DNA of 64,000 bases, taken from Vicinamibacteraceae bacterium. Lineage in GTDB: Bacteria; Acidobacteriota; Thermoanaerobaculia; Multivoradales; Multivoraceae. The position numbers were made by a program, and so were the translations under genes. The stretch spans positions 8,841 to 72,840 of the forward strand of contig JAAXHG010000122.1 of NCBI GenBank assembly GCA_012270995.1, given 5' to 3'. Under the pieces are notes generated by a model. It saw nothing but the letters and a program-made list of their open reading frames with translations. It was not told the origin of the DNA and did no database searches. Position 1 is the first letter of the stretch; each line of letters starts with the position of its first letter. Of the stretch, positions 52,161-61,014 are shown piece after piece.

Positions 52161-52657
52161 GACGTCCTTCCGCCCGGTTCGGCGCCCAGGGACGGTTCAC
52201 GGGTTTCGCCGTCACTCTCCGGGCGGCGGCCGACGAACGCGTAGTAGACGCGCATGATGGTCGCCGCGACGGCAATGCCGACGCCAAGTTCGATGGCGAT
52301 GATGCCGAGGTGCTGGCCGTGATGCCCGGTCGTCAACGGATCGAGCGCCGAGTAGTTCAGGAACTCCCCGCCCAGGAACATCGCCAGCACGCCGACCGCG
52401 CCGTAGAGCAGCACGCCCGCGGCCATCAGGCGCTCCGTCAGCACGACGGAAACGACCTGCCGCAGCGCTTCCGCCCCGAAGGTCAGGGCGAAGATGATGA
52501 GCCCCGCGGCGAAGATGACGCCGGCCTGAAAACCTCCGCCTGGGCCGAAGTCGCCGTGGAACTGCACGTAGAGACCGAACAGGAGGATGACCGGCGCCAG
52601 CGCCCGGGCGACGACCCGGAGGATCGGCATCTCGCGGACTCTGGACGGCGGCCTCAC
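52157..52657 (-). CDS. mnhB: MnhB-domain membrane protein
   Basis: 166 aa with 'LFGLYVQFHGDFGPGGGFQAGVIFA', which is characteristic of the MnhB domain. Its start overlaps the upstream stop. Confidence 0.75.
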   Translation of the reverse strand: MRPPSRVREMPILRVVARALAPVILLFGLYVQFHGDFGPGGGFQAGVIFAAGLIIFALTFGAEALRQVVSVVLTERLMAAGVLLYGAVGVLAMFLGGEFLNYSALDPLTTGHHGQHLGIIAIELGVGIAVAATIMRVYYAFVGRRPESDGETREPSLGAEPGGRTS

Positions 52658-53205
52658 GACTCCTCCTCGGTGCCGGCATCGCTGCGTCGCAGACCGAGTC
52701 CGCCCAAGAGCAGCGCGACCCCGACGCCGGCCGTGAAGATCACGACGACTTCACCCAGCGTGTCGTAGCCGCGAAAGCTGGCGAGGATGGCGGTGACGAT
52801 GTTCGGGATGTGGATCTTGTTTTCCGTCTCGGCGATCAGGTCCGGCGCCAGGTGGTGGTGGATGACGGCGTCGGGGTCGCCGTAGGCCGGCATGTCCCAG
52901 GTGCCGTAGATCAGGGCCGCGCCGGTGGCGACGACGATCAGGATCGGCAGGATCCGCGTTCGCTCCTGTTTCTCGCGCCGCGAGGTCAGGCTGAGCGCCC
53001 CGAGGAAGAGAACGGTGCCGACGCCGGCGCCGACCGCGGCCTCGGTGAAGGCGACGTCCACGGCGTCCATCAGGACGAACAGACCGGCCGCGAGCAGGCT
53101 CGCGATCCCGGTCAGCATGGCGGCGGCGAACAGGTCCTTGAGTCGAGCCACGACGATGGCCGTGGCGAGCAGCAGCAGCATGAGGAGGAGTTCAACCGGC
53201 GGCAT
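52654..53205 (-). CDS. DUF4040/MbhD-like membrane protein (corresponds to the MrpA C-terminal part)
   Basis: 183 aa, hydrophobic. 'AVDVAFTEAAVGAGV' and 'ILASFRGYDTLGEVVVIFTAGVGV' are patterns I associate with MbhD/MrpA-C. Confidence 0.6.
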   Translation of the reverse strand: MPPVELLLMLLLLATAIVVARLKDLFAAAMLTGIASLLAAGLFVLMDAVDVAFTEAAVGAGVGTVLFLGALSLTSRREKQERTRILPILIVVATGAALIYGTWDMPAYGDPDAVIHHHLAPDLIAETENKIHIPNIVTAILASFRGYDTLGEVVVIFTAGVGVALLLGGLGLRRSDAGTEEES

Positions 53206-53533
53206 CGCCGTTCCTCCCGGGCTCGTCTTCGATCTCCAGCTCGAGCGCCAGTCCGTGGCCGTGAGCCGCCTTGACCAGCGCGTGCGCGATCGCCGGGCTG
53301 CTGAAGAAGAGGAAGGCGAGCACCAGGACCAGCTTCAGCGTGACCATCGACAGGCCGCCCTGGAACATCAGGCCCAGGAGCATCAGACCGGCGCCGGCGG
53401 TGTCCGTGACGCTCGCCGCGTGGGTGCGCTGGTAGAACTCGGAGAAGCGGTGCAGACCGATGCCCCCCACCACGCAGAAGAGCCCGCCGGCACTCAGCAG
53501 GACCGCGGTGACGATGTCGAGCGCGCCATTCAT
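53192..53533 (-). CDS. mnhG: Mrp/Mnh antiporter subunit G
   Basis: The start was moved to ATG 53533, which overlaps the mnhF stop (ATGA). 'LFCVVGGIGLHRFSEFYQRTHAASVTDTAGAGLMLLGL' is the MnhG signature region. Confidence 0.8.
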   Translation of the reverse strand: MNGALDIVTAVLLSAGGLFCVVGGIGLHRFSEFYQRTHAASVTDTAGAGLMLLGLMFQGGLSMVTLKLVLVLAFLFFSSPAIAHALVKAAHGHGLALELEIEDEPGRNGDAAG

Positions 53534-53811
53534 GACCGGTCCGCCTTCCGGTCGTCGCGAGCGAGGTTTCCGAAGCGCGCGAAGCGCAGCACCGCCAGGG
53601 TGCCGGTGAAGTTGACGAGGGTATAGACGATCGCGAGGTCGAGCCACTCGGGCCGACCGGTGAGAAAGCCGGCGACCGCGATGAGCAGCACCGTCTTCGT
53701 CCCGAACATGTTGACGGCCAGGATGCGGTCGAACACGGTGGGGCCGTTCGCGGCGCGTGCGAGCGCCAGGAACATCGTCGCCACGATCGCCGCCATCCCG
53801 GCCACGTACAT
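53530..53811 (-). CDS. mnhF: Mrp/Mnh antiporter subunit F
   Basis: 93 aa with 'GPTVFDRILAVNMFGTKTVLLIAV' and 'DLAIVYTLVNFTGTLAVLRF'. Confidence 0.8.
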   Translation of the reverse strand: MYVAGMAAIVATMFLALARAANGPTVFDRILAVNMFGTKTVLLIAVAGFLTGRPEWLDLAIVYTLVNFTGTLAVLRFARFGNLARDDRKADRS

Positions 53812-54302
53812 CAGTCCGAGCCTCCTTCGAGCCGCAGCACGTCACGGTCCATCGAGCCATCCATCACGTCCGCCTCGCTCTCCGCGTCGAGGGCGTAGAC
53901 GAGCAGTTCGTCGTCCCGTAGGTCGAGGGTGATCGTCCCGGGCGTGAGGGTGATGAAGTTCGCGTACAGGACCTGACCGAAGGACGTCTTCTGGCTCGTG
54001 GGCACGCGCCGGAGACGGGGATGGAGTTCGATCTTTGGGGACAGGATGAGCTTCGTCGTGTGGAGGTTGGCGGCGGCCACCTTGAGCGCGAAGGCGACCA
54101 GGAACCGCGGCAGCCGCAGCCAGGAGGAGGCGCGGAAGAACTCGGAACCGCCGCCAGCCGCCCGGTCGAGGGCGAGGTAGAGGCGCCAGACGAAGGCGAT
54201 CGAGAGTAGGCCGAAGATCAGGATCGGCAACTCGTGCATGGTGTACGGCCCGGAAAGGGAGAGCCACACCGCCGCCAGCAGCGCGAGGACGCCCGGTCTC
54301 AC
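53811..54302 (-). CDS. mnhE: Mrp/Mnh antiporter subunit E
   Basis: 163 aa with 'ANFITLTPGTITLDL' and 'LLVYALDAES'. It is the first gene of the operon. Confidence 0.75.
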   Translation of the reverse strand: MRPGVLALLAAVWLSLSGPYTMHELPILIFGLLSIAFVWRLYLALDRAAGGGSEFFRASSWLRLPRFLVAFALKVAAANLHTTKLILSPKIELHPRLRRVPTSQKTSFGQVLYANFITLTPGTITLDLRDDELLVYALDAESEADVMDGSMDRDVLRLEGGSD

Positions 54303-54337
54303 GGCAGCGTCAGCTCCGATCTGTCGGGCCCGCTGGA

Positions 54338-54436
54338 GCCGCCAAACCTGTCGCAGGCTCCACGTTTGGCCCCAGCCCCCACGTCGCCACTAGCTTGCGC
54401 GGCAGCACTTGCTCGCGGCGTTCCGCCGCGCAAGCT
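54338..54436. repeat. Family A intergenic repeat, copy 2 (45-nt core + 12-bp-stem hairpin)
   Basis: The core GCCGCCAAACCTGTCGCAGGCTCCACGTTTGGCCCCAGCCCCCAC (54338-54382) is 44 of 45 identical to 60846-60890. The hairpin is AGCTTGCGCGGC (54392-54403) / GCCGCGCAAGCT (54425-54436). Confidence 0.9.
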
Positions 54437-54437
54437 C

Positions 54438-54869
54438 CTAGCCGTCCGCATACGCCTGCTTGCCCTTCAGGATGGTCAGGCTCCACTTGCCGGTGGCCCG
54501 GATTCTGAGCGTGTGGACGCCCGCGTCGGGGACGAAGAAGGTCGTGATCCCCGACCACTCCTCGGCGTTCTGCGAGATGTCGACGGGCGGCCCCACGGAG
54601 AACACGCCGCGGTTGCCTTCGACGGAGGCGGTGGCGGTGTGGTCGCCGCCCGCCATCTGGAACCGTACCGTGGCGTTGCCTTCGCCCTCGATGCAGCCGA
54701 TACCGCAGGGCTTTGGCTTCGGCGCCGGAGCCGGCGGCTTCCACGTCGGGCGTTCGACGACCGGCGCGGCGGGTTCGACGGCGTCTTCGGCGCATCCGGC
54801 GAAGCCCAGCGCCAGCAGGCCGGCGAGCACGCGGATGCCCGCCCCGGCAAGCGGGAACGCTCGCTTCAC
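54438..54869 (-). CDS. Putative lipoprotein of unknown function
   Basis: 143 aa with a lipobox 'LALGFAGC' and a Pro/Lys linker 'KPPAPAPKPKP'. Its GTG start overlaps the stop of the S9 peptidase gene (GTGA). Confidence 0.5.
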   Translation of the reverse strand: MKRAFPLAGAGIRVLAGLLALGFAGCAEDAVEPAAPVVERPTWKPPAPAPKPKPCGIGCIEGEGNATVRFQMAGGDHTATASVEGNRGVFSVGPPVDISQNAEEWSGITTFFVPDAGVHTLRIRATGKWSLTILKGKQAYADG

Positions 54870-57007
54870 TCGTCGCCGCCCGTCGACTCGGCGTCCGGGG
54901 TTGCGGCTTCCTCGTCGGCGTCGTCGCCGCTCTCGGCCCAGGGCAGCCAGGCGGCATGGTCGATCTCGTGCGCCGGCGGGTCGCCGCCGGGACCCTTGAG
55001 GTAGTGCTCCATCCAGCGCAGCGTGCGGAGCATGTAGTCGAGACGGGCCGCCGAGCGCCGGTTGCCGTGGCCCTCGCCGGGGTAGAGGACCAGCCGCACG
55101 GGCGCCTGCCCGAGGGTCTTCAGGTGGCGGTGCAGCTCGAGCGACTGGCTGGGATGGACGCGGGGGTCCTCCTTGCCGTGCAGGATCAGCGTCGGCGTGC
55201 GGTTGCGCTTGACGTAGTAGATGGGACTGCTCTTCTCGAAGTAGTCCCAGTCGTCCCAGAGCGTCGTGCGGTGATGGACGAGTTTCATCTCCAGGGGAAT
55301 GTCCGTCGTCCCCAGCTTGGAGATGTTGTTCGAGATGCCGACGAAGGGAATCGCGGCGGCGAATCGGTCGGAGTAGTAGGTCGCGCCCCAGGCCGACGCA
55401 TAGCCGCCGTAGGAGCCGCCGGTGATGCCGACCCGGTCGCGGTCGACGAGGCCGATCTCGATCAGGTGATCGACCGCCACGATCAGGTCGTCGAACTCGG
55501 GGCCGGCGGCGGCGTGCTGGCCGAGCTTCGAGAACTCGACGCCGCGTCCCGTGCTGCCGCGGTAGTTCGGATAGAAGGCGGCGAAGCCGCGAGCGGCCGC
55601 GAGCTGGCCCAGGTTCGAGTAGCTGGTCAGCCAGCCGTTGCCGTGGTGACTCTCCGGGCCGCCGTGCACGATCAGGATCAGCGGGTAGCGCCGGCCCTCC
55701 TCGTAGTTCAGGGGGTAGAGCAGCAGGCCCTCGAGTTCGAGCCCGTCCGGCGCGGTGTGCCGGACGACCGCCTGGCGGGCCAGGTCGATGTCGTCTAGCC
55801 AGGGGTTCGAGTTCGTCATCCGCACCGGCGGCGCCCGCGGCTCGGCCGGGTCGTAGCGGTAGATCTCCCTCGGGTGATCGGGGCTATCCGCCACCAGCGC
55901 CGCCGCGCCGCCGCCGCGCGGCAGGCTGAAGCTGAGCCCGATCGGGCCGCCCGGTTCGATCAACGTTTCCGCTTCGCCGTCGATGGACACCCTGCCCAGG
56001 GTGCTCCAGACGCCGACGGAAGCAGCGTACAGGAGGTGCTCGTCGTCCTCCCAGGCGAACGAGGCGACGTGACCCTCCAGGTCGGGCAGCAGGTCGTTGA
56101 AGTCGTCGGCGCCCCCGAGGAGCATGAGTCTGCCGGCCGCCGGATCGTGCCGATCGGCGGCCGATACGGCGGCGACCCGCTCGCCGTTCGGGCTGAACTC
56201 CACTTGGCCGAGCTTGCCGATCGCCTCGACCTCCGAGACCACGGGGAAGTCGTCCATCGACGCGTCCACGATCGCGACGGACTTGCTCGTGTAGGAGTCG
56301 TCGATCAGGGCGGTCGGCGTGGTCACCGTGGCGAGGCGTTCGCCGCCGGGGCTCCAGACGGCGGAGATGACGTGCCCATCGACCGACTCGACCAGGACGG
56401 GCTTCGACCCGTCGTCGCTACGGTCGGCATCGAGCGCGGGAACGTCCGCGATCCATAGCCGCGTCAGGGGCCGGTCCTCTTCGTAGATCTCCTGGTTGAA
56501 GCCCTTCTCGCGGAGCGTCTTCAGTTCCTTCGCGGTTTCCTCGCGGGCCAGGAACGCGACCCGGCTGCCGTCCGGCGACAGGACGTAGGAGCCGACGCCG
56601 TTGGCGTGTTCGACCAGCTTGCGGCTCTCTCCGCCGCCGACCGGGATGCCGTAGAGGGCGGAGGCCTTGTCCGAGCCGCGGCGGGAGGTGTACAGGATCT
56701 CCTCGTTGCCCCGGAAGCTGGGCCGGCCGACGTTCACGGAGCCGGCGACGAAGGGCCGGGAGGACCCGGCCTCGGCCATGTCGAGCACGTGCAGCTCGGT
56801 CCACGATCCGCCGCTGTCCTCGTCCAGCGGCCGCCGCGGGACGCTCAGCAGGTAGGCCGCGAGACTGCCGTCGGGCGACACCTCCACCGTGCCGACGCTG
56901 CGCAGCGTGGCGACGTGGTGCGGCTCGATCGGGTTCGTCTCCTGGGCCGTGACTGTGACCGGCGCGGCCAGCGCGACGGCGACGATGAAAGCGATGTTCC
57001 GGTTCAT
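54866..57007 (-). CDS. S9 family serine peptidase (prolyl oligopeptidase/acylaminoacyl-peptidase-like) with an N-terminal beta-propeller
   Basis: The start was moved to ATG 57007 (GGAGAG upstream). The signal reads 'MNRNIAFIVAVALAAPVTVTAQE'. The nucleophile is 'ITGGSYGGYAS', and the C-terminal 'LILHGKEDPRV' and 'YPGEGHG' complete the triad. Confidence 0.85.
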   Translation of the reverse strand: MNRNIAFIVAVALAAPVTVTAQETNPIEPHHVATLRSVGTVEVSPDGSLAAYLLSVPRRPLDEDSGGSWTELHVLDMAEAGSSRPFVAGSVNVGRPSFRGNEEILYTSRRGSDKASALYGIPVGGGESRKLVEHANGVGSYVLSPDGSRVAFLAREETAKELKTLREKGFNQEIYEEDRPLTRLWIADVPALDADRSDDGSKPVLVESVDGHVISAVWSPGGERLATVTTPTALIDDSYTSKSVAIVDASMDDFPVVSEVEAIGKLGQVEFSPNGERVAAVSAADRHDPAAGRLMLLGGADDFNDLLPDLEGHVASFAWEDDEHLLYAASVGVWSTLGRVSIDGEAETLIEPGGPIGLSFSLPRGGGAAALVADSPDHPREIYRYDPAEPRAPPVRMTNSNPWLDDIDLARQAVVRHTAPDGLELEGLLLYPLNYEEGRRYPLILIVHGGPESHHGNGWLTSYSNLGQLAAARGFAAFYPNYRGSTGRGVEFSKLGQHAAAGPEFDDLIVAVDHLIEIGLVDRDRVGITGGSYGGYASAWGATYYSDRFAAAIPFVGISNNISKLGTTDIPLEMKLVHHRTTLWDDWDYFEKSSPIYYVKRNRTPTLILHGKEDPRVHPSQSLELHRHLKTLGQAPVRLVLYPGEGHGNRRSAARLDYMLRTLRWMEHYLKGPGGDPPAHEIDHAAWLPWAESGDDADEEAATPDAESTGGDE

Positions 57008-57021
57008 GGTCTCTCTCCTGG

Positions 57022-58074
57022 TCACTGGACCGCCTCGGCCTGCCGCTCTTCGATCGCCGCCAGCCGTTCCCGGATGTCGGGCGACAGCTTGACGCCCAGG
57101 TGCGTGATGGTATCCGCCGCCATGGCGATGCCGAGCTCGCAGCAGGTGCGGATCGGCAGACCCCGCAGCAGTCCGTAGAGGAAGCCGGCGGCGAAGCAGT
57201 CGCCGGCGCCGGTCGTGTCGACGACGTCGACCCGGTGCGCGGGAACGCGGTGGACTTCGTCGCCCCGGCGCACCCAGGCGCCCCGTACGCCGTCCTTGAC
57301 CGCGACCACCTCGATCGTCTTCGCCAGCTCGCGGGCCGCGGCCTCCGGCCCGAGACCGGTCATCATCCGCGCCTCCTCGGCGTTGGCGAACAGGATGTCG
57401 AAACCGTGTTCCTTGTGCCGCATGAGGTGGTCGCGCGAGCGGCGGACCGCGAACGGATCGGCGACGTCGATTGCCAGTTTCGCCCCTGCTGCACGGGCGA
57501 CCTCGATGGCGTGTTCGATCGCGTCGATCTGGTTCGGGGTGTCCCAGATGTAACCGGTGGTGAAGAAGATCCGAGACCTCTGGATGTCCTCCTCGGGCAC
57601 ATGCTCCGGACGGTACTGCCGGCAGACGCCCAGGTGCGTGTTCATCGTCCGCTCGCCGTCGGGCGTCACCAGCACGACCGAGGTGCCGGTGACGCCGTCG
57701 ATCCGTGCCAGCCGGTTCCGGACCCTGCTGGCGTCCAGCCCGCGCTCGAACAGGCGGCCGGTGTCGTCGCCGGCGACCGCGGAGCTGTAGCTCGCGTCCA
57801 CGCCGAGCAGGGACGCGGCACGCAACACGTTGGCGCAGGAACCGCCGGCTTCGATCTCGGGCTGCAGGACCTCGCCGTCGCGATTCAGCACGTGATCGAG
57901 GATCGCTTCCTGCTCCTCGGCGGTCACGAGCTTCATGATCCCCTTGTCGAGGCCCATCTTGTCGAGGTGCCGATCCTCTACGCGAACCAGGAGGTCGAGG
58001 ATCGCGTTCTCGATCCCGACGAGTTCGGGGTCGGTCCCTTTCGGGCCGATTCCTGCCCGCGGCGGCTTCGCCAC
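57022..58074 (-). CDS. PfkB family carbohydrate/nucleoside kinase (adenosine kinase-like)
   Basis: The start was moved to GTG 58074, 7 nt after the upstream stop. It carries 'EAGGSCANVL' and 'DTTGAGDCFAAGFLYGL' (PfkB signature 2). Confidence 0.8.
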   Translation of the reverse strand: MAKPPRAGIGPKGTDPELVGIENAILDLLVRVEDRHLDKMGLDKGIMKLVTAEEQEAILDHVLNRDGEVLQPEIEAGGSCANVLRAASLLGVDASYSSAVAGDDTGRLFERGLDASRVRNRLARIDGVTGTSVVLVTPDGERTMNTHLGVCRQYRPEHVPEEDIQRSRIFFTTGYIWDTPNQIDAIEHAIEVARAAGAKLAIDVADPFAVRRSRDHLMRHKEHGFDILFANAEEARMMTGLGPEAAARELAKTIEVVAVKDGVRGAWVRRGDEVHRVPAHRVDVVDTTGAGDCFAAGFLYGLLRGLPIRTCCELGIAMAADTITHLGVKLSPDIRERLAAIEERQAEAVQ

Positions 58075-58081
58075 GGTCCGC

Positions 58082-59623
58082 TCAGGCGTCTCCCCAGCGG
58101 TCCTTGACCGCGGCGCGGTCGACGTGGTCGCCGCTCCGCGGCAACTCGCTGGTGAAGATGACGTCGCGCGGCCGCTTGAAGCGGGCGATCCGGGAGCCGA
58201 CGTGCTCGCGGACCGACTCCTGGTCGAGACCGGCGAAGGCATCGGCTCCTGGAGCGACTTCGACGATGGCGCGGATCGCCTCGCCCCAGCGGTCGTCGCT
58301 GACGCCGAAGACGCAAACCGCGCGCACGGCGTCGAGCTCGAGGATCGCTGCCTCGACCTCGGCGGGGTAGACGTTCTCGCCGCCGGGTTTGATGAGTTCC
58401 TTCTCCGGCTTGCGGGCGACGTAGAACAGGTTGCCTTCCTCGTCGAAGCGGCCGATGTCGCCCGTGTGGTGCCAGCCGCCCCGGAAGGTGTGGGCGGTGA
58501 CATCGGGCTGTCCGTCGTAGCCCAGGAAGACCAGGGGTCCGCGGACGACGATCTCGCCGTCCTCGCCGGCCGGCACTTCGCGGTCGTCGTCGTCGACCAG
58601 GCGAACGCTGCAGAGTTCGGCGGCCTTGCCGGCGCAGCCGAGGTGCTCGCGGGCGTTCTGGATCGTGACGAAACCGCTCGTCTCGCACTGCCCGAAGCCG
58701 GCCCAGAAGGTGGCGTCCGTCTCGTCGTGCAGCCGCTGCATCGTGTCGGGCGAGTCGAGGCCGGTGACGTGGCGGAGGCTGGGAAGCCGGCTGCCGGCCT
58801 CGGCTGCCGCGTCCAGCAGCGTGGTGAGCACCGGCGGGAAGTCGCTGATCATCGTGATCGCGTAACGGTCGATCAACTCGACGGCCTGGACAGGATCGTA
58901 CTTCGCGGTGACCACGTTGGCGCCGCCCGCGTGGAAAACGCTTAGCAGGTGGCCGAGCGCCGCGATGTGGAAGAGCGGCAGCGCGACCAGGTTGCGGTCA
59001 GAGCCATCGAGGCCGAGCGACGCGATCTCCTGCAGGTTGGCCCAGACCAGGTTCGAGTGGCTGAGCAGGGCGCCGCGCGGGATGACGTCGACGGCGGCGG
59101 TCGCGATGACCGCGAAGGGATCGAAGGCGGAGACGTCGGGCTGCGGCAGGTCGTTCGCTGCCTCGGCGCAGGCGTAGAGCGAGTCCAGCGAGGCGTAGCC
59201 TTCAGCAGGATCGTCGCCGAACTGGAACCAGTGGGGGATCGCGTCGTCGCCGGGGCCGCCCGGTACCGCGTCGAGGAAGTCGCTGCCTGTGACGAACGCC
59301 CGGGGCTTCGCCCGCTCGCGGACGAGCATCTCGATCTCCCCTGGCTGCAGCCGCCAGTTGATCGGGTAGACGATGATGCCCTGGCGCGCGCAGGCGAGAT
59401 AGAGCTCCACGTAGGCTGCCGAGTTCTGGGCCAGCACCGCGAGACGGTCGGAGACCTCGAGCCCCAGGCCGTCGAGCCCCGCCGCCAGGGCGTCGACGCG
59501 TTCGCGGAGTTCCGCGAAGCTCCGTTCCTCGCCATCCTCCGTGACGATTGCGAGGCGGTCACCGAACGCCGTCGCGTTGCGGACGAGAACGTCGTAGAGC
59601 GTGAAGTTCTGAACGCTGGACAC
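58082..59623 (-). CDS. AMP-dependent synthetase/ligase (acyl-CoA ligase-like adenylate-forming enzyme)
   Basis: 513 aa with 'WHHTGDIGRFDEEGNLFYVARKPEKELIKPGGENVYPAEVE', the A8-A10 region of ANL enzymes. Confidence 0.85.
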   Translation of the reverse strand: MSSVQNFTLYDVLVRNATAFGDRLAIVTEDGEERSFAELRERVDALAAGLDGLGLEVSDRLAVLAQNSAAYVELYLACARQGIIVYPINWRLQPGEIEMLVRERAKPRAFVTGSDFLDAVPGGPGDDAIPHWFQFGDDPAEGYASLDSLYACAEAANDLPQPDVSAFDPFAVIATAAVDVIPRGALLSHSNLVWANLQEIASLGLDGSDRNLVALPLFHIAALGHLLSVFHAGGANVVTAKYDPVQAVELIDRYAITMISDFPPVLTTLLDAAAEAGSRLPSLRHVTGLDSPDTMQRLHDETDATFWAGFGQCETSGFVTIQNAREHLGCAGKAAELCSVRLVDDDDREVPAGEDGEIVVRGPLVFLGYDGQPDVTAHTFRGGWHHTGDIGRFDEEGNLFYVARKPEKELIKPGGENVYPAEVEAAILELDAVRAVCVFGVSDDRWGEAIRAIVEVAPGADAFAGLDQESVREHVGSRIARFKRPRDVIFTSELPRSGDHVDRAAVKDRWGDA

Positions 59624-59785
59624 GGTGGACGGGGCTTCTGCTCGGGCGAACCGGCGCGCACTTTATCAACGCCGATGGCGTAGCGGCGGCGGTGTGACCC
59701 GCCCGTGCGCCGGCCATCTGACCGGCATCAAGCGCGATGCGGCGAAGCCGGGAGCGCGAAACGTATCCGTCGCTACACTTCACCC

Positions 59786-60844
59786 ATGTCCACAAGACGA
59801 TGGAATCCGATCGCCTCCGTCGCCCTGCTTCTCCTGCCTCTGGCTGCCCCCAGCCATGCCTGGAACGAGTTCGGCCACGAGGTTGTGGCCCGGATCGCCT
59901 GGCAGGAACTCGAGCCGGAGGTCCGGCGCCGGGTTCTGGCCCTGTTCCGGCAGGCGCCTCGGGACAGCCTGATGCACTGTCTCGATCTCAACCAGGATCG
60001 CCGTCGGGGCTGCGGTCGGTTCGCGTATCGCCTGGGGGATGCCGAGACCAGCGAAGACGCGGACCGCATCCTGTTCGAGCGGGCCGCCTACTGGCCCGAC
60101 CTGGCGCGTCAGCTCGACAAGTACAACCGCCCGACCTGGCACTACATCGGCTGGACTTGGCGCCAGGGCGCGGATGGGACCGCCCACGACACGGATCTGC
60201 CGGTGGCGGTACCGAATGCGGTGAGCCAGTTGGTCGAACTTGCGCGGTCGGTCGCCGATGCGTCCGGCCGGTCGGACAAGCGGGCCATCCACCTCGCCTG
60301 GATCTTCCACCTCGTAGGCGACGTCCACCAGCCCCTTCACGCCGCGTCCCGGGTCACGGAGCGCCGCGACGAACGGGAAGGCGACCGCGGCGGAAACGGC
60401 TTCGCTCTCGACGAGTGGAACCGCAACCTTCACGCCTTTTGGGACGGCGCCTTGGACGGCCGGTTCAGGGCCCGTTACAGGGAGCGGACGGAGGTTCGAT
60501 TCGCCGCGCCCTTCGACTCGCCGTCGCCCGACCGGTTCTGGAGACTCTTCGGAGAGGCGCGCGACCGAGAGTACGAGGCCCGCAAGGACCGGGTCGCGGC
60601 CGAGGCTCGGGCCCGCCACCCGTTCGACGACGCCGTCCGGGCCAACCTCAAGCCCGGCGACTTCGAGGCCTGGGCAAGAGAGTCCAACCAGATCGTCCGC
60701 GAATCGCTCTATCCCCCCGACCTCGAACGGGGCCAAGCACCGTCCGGCGCTTATGCCGACCGGGCCTACGACATCTCCCTGCAGCGCGCCGCACTCGCCG
60801 GCTATCGCCTGGCCGACCTGCTCACCAACCTGCTGGCGCCGTAG
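59786..60844 (+). CDS. Secreted S1/P1-type nuclease
   Basis: The start was moved to ATG 59786. After the signal peptide the mature N-terminus is 'WNEFGHEVVARIAW'. 'WHYIG' and 'HLVGDVHQPLH' are Zn-ligand motifs of S1/P1 nucleases. Confidence 0.8.
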   Translation: MSTRRWNPIASVALLLLPLAAPSHAWNEFGHEVVARIAWQELEPEVRRRVLALFRQAPRDSLMHCLDLNQDRRRGCGRFAYRLGDAETSEDADRILFERAAYWPDLARQLDKYNRPTWHYIGWTWRQGADGTAHDTDLPVAVPNAVSQLVELARSVADASGRSDKRAIHLAWIFHLVGDVHQPLHAASRVTERRDEREGDRGGNGFALDEWNRNLHAFWDGALDGRFRARYRERTEVRFAAPFDSPSPDRFWRLFGEARDREYEARKDRVAAEARARHPFDDAVRANLKPGDFEAWARESNQIVRESLYPPDLERGQAPSGAYADRAYDISLQRAALAGYRLADLLTNLLAP

Positions 60845-60845
60845 C

Positions 60846-60948
60846 GCCGCCAAACCTGTCGCAGGCTCCATGTTTGGCCCCAGCCCCCACCTCCCTGGGA
60901 GCTTGCGCCTCGGAACTCACGCCGTAGCGTTCTGCGGCGCAAGCTCCC
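60846..60948. repeat. Family A intergenic repeat, copy 3 (45-nt core + 13-bp-stem hairpin)
   Basis: The core is GCCGCCAAACCTGTCGCAGGCTCCATGTTTGGCCCCAGCCCCCAC (60846-60890). The hairpin is GGGAGCTTGCGCC (60897-60909) / GGCGCAAGCTCCC (60936-60948). It starts 2 nt after the nuclease stop. Confidence 0.9.
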
Positions 60949-61014
60949 AGGCTTACCTCGCGCTCGCTTCCGTGCGCGGTTGCGCACCCACGGGCTGCGG
61001 AGGGTAGACCCGCG

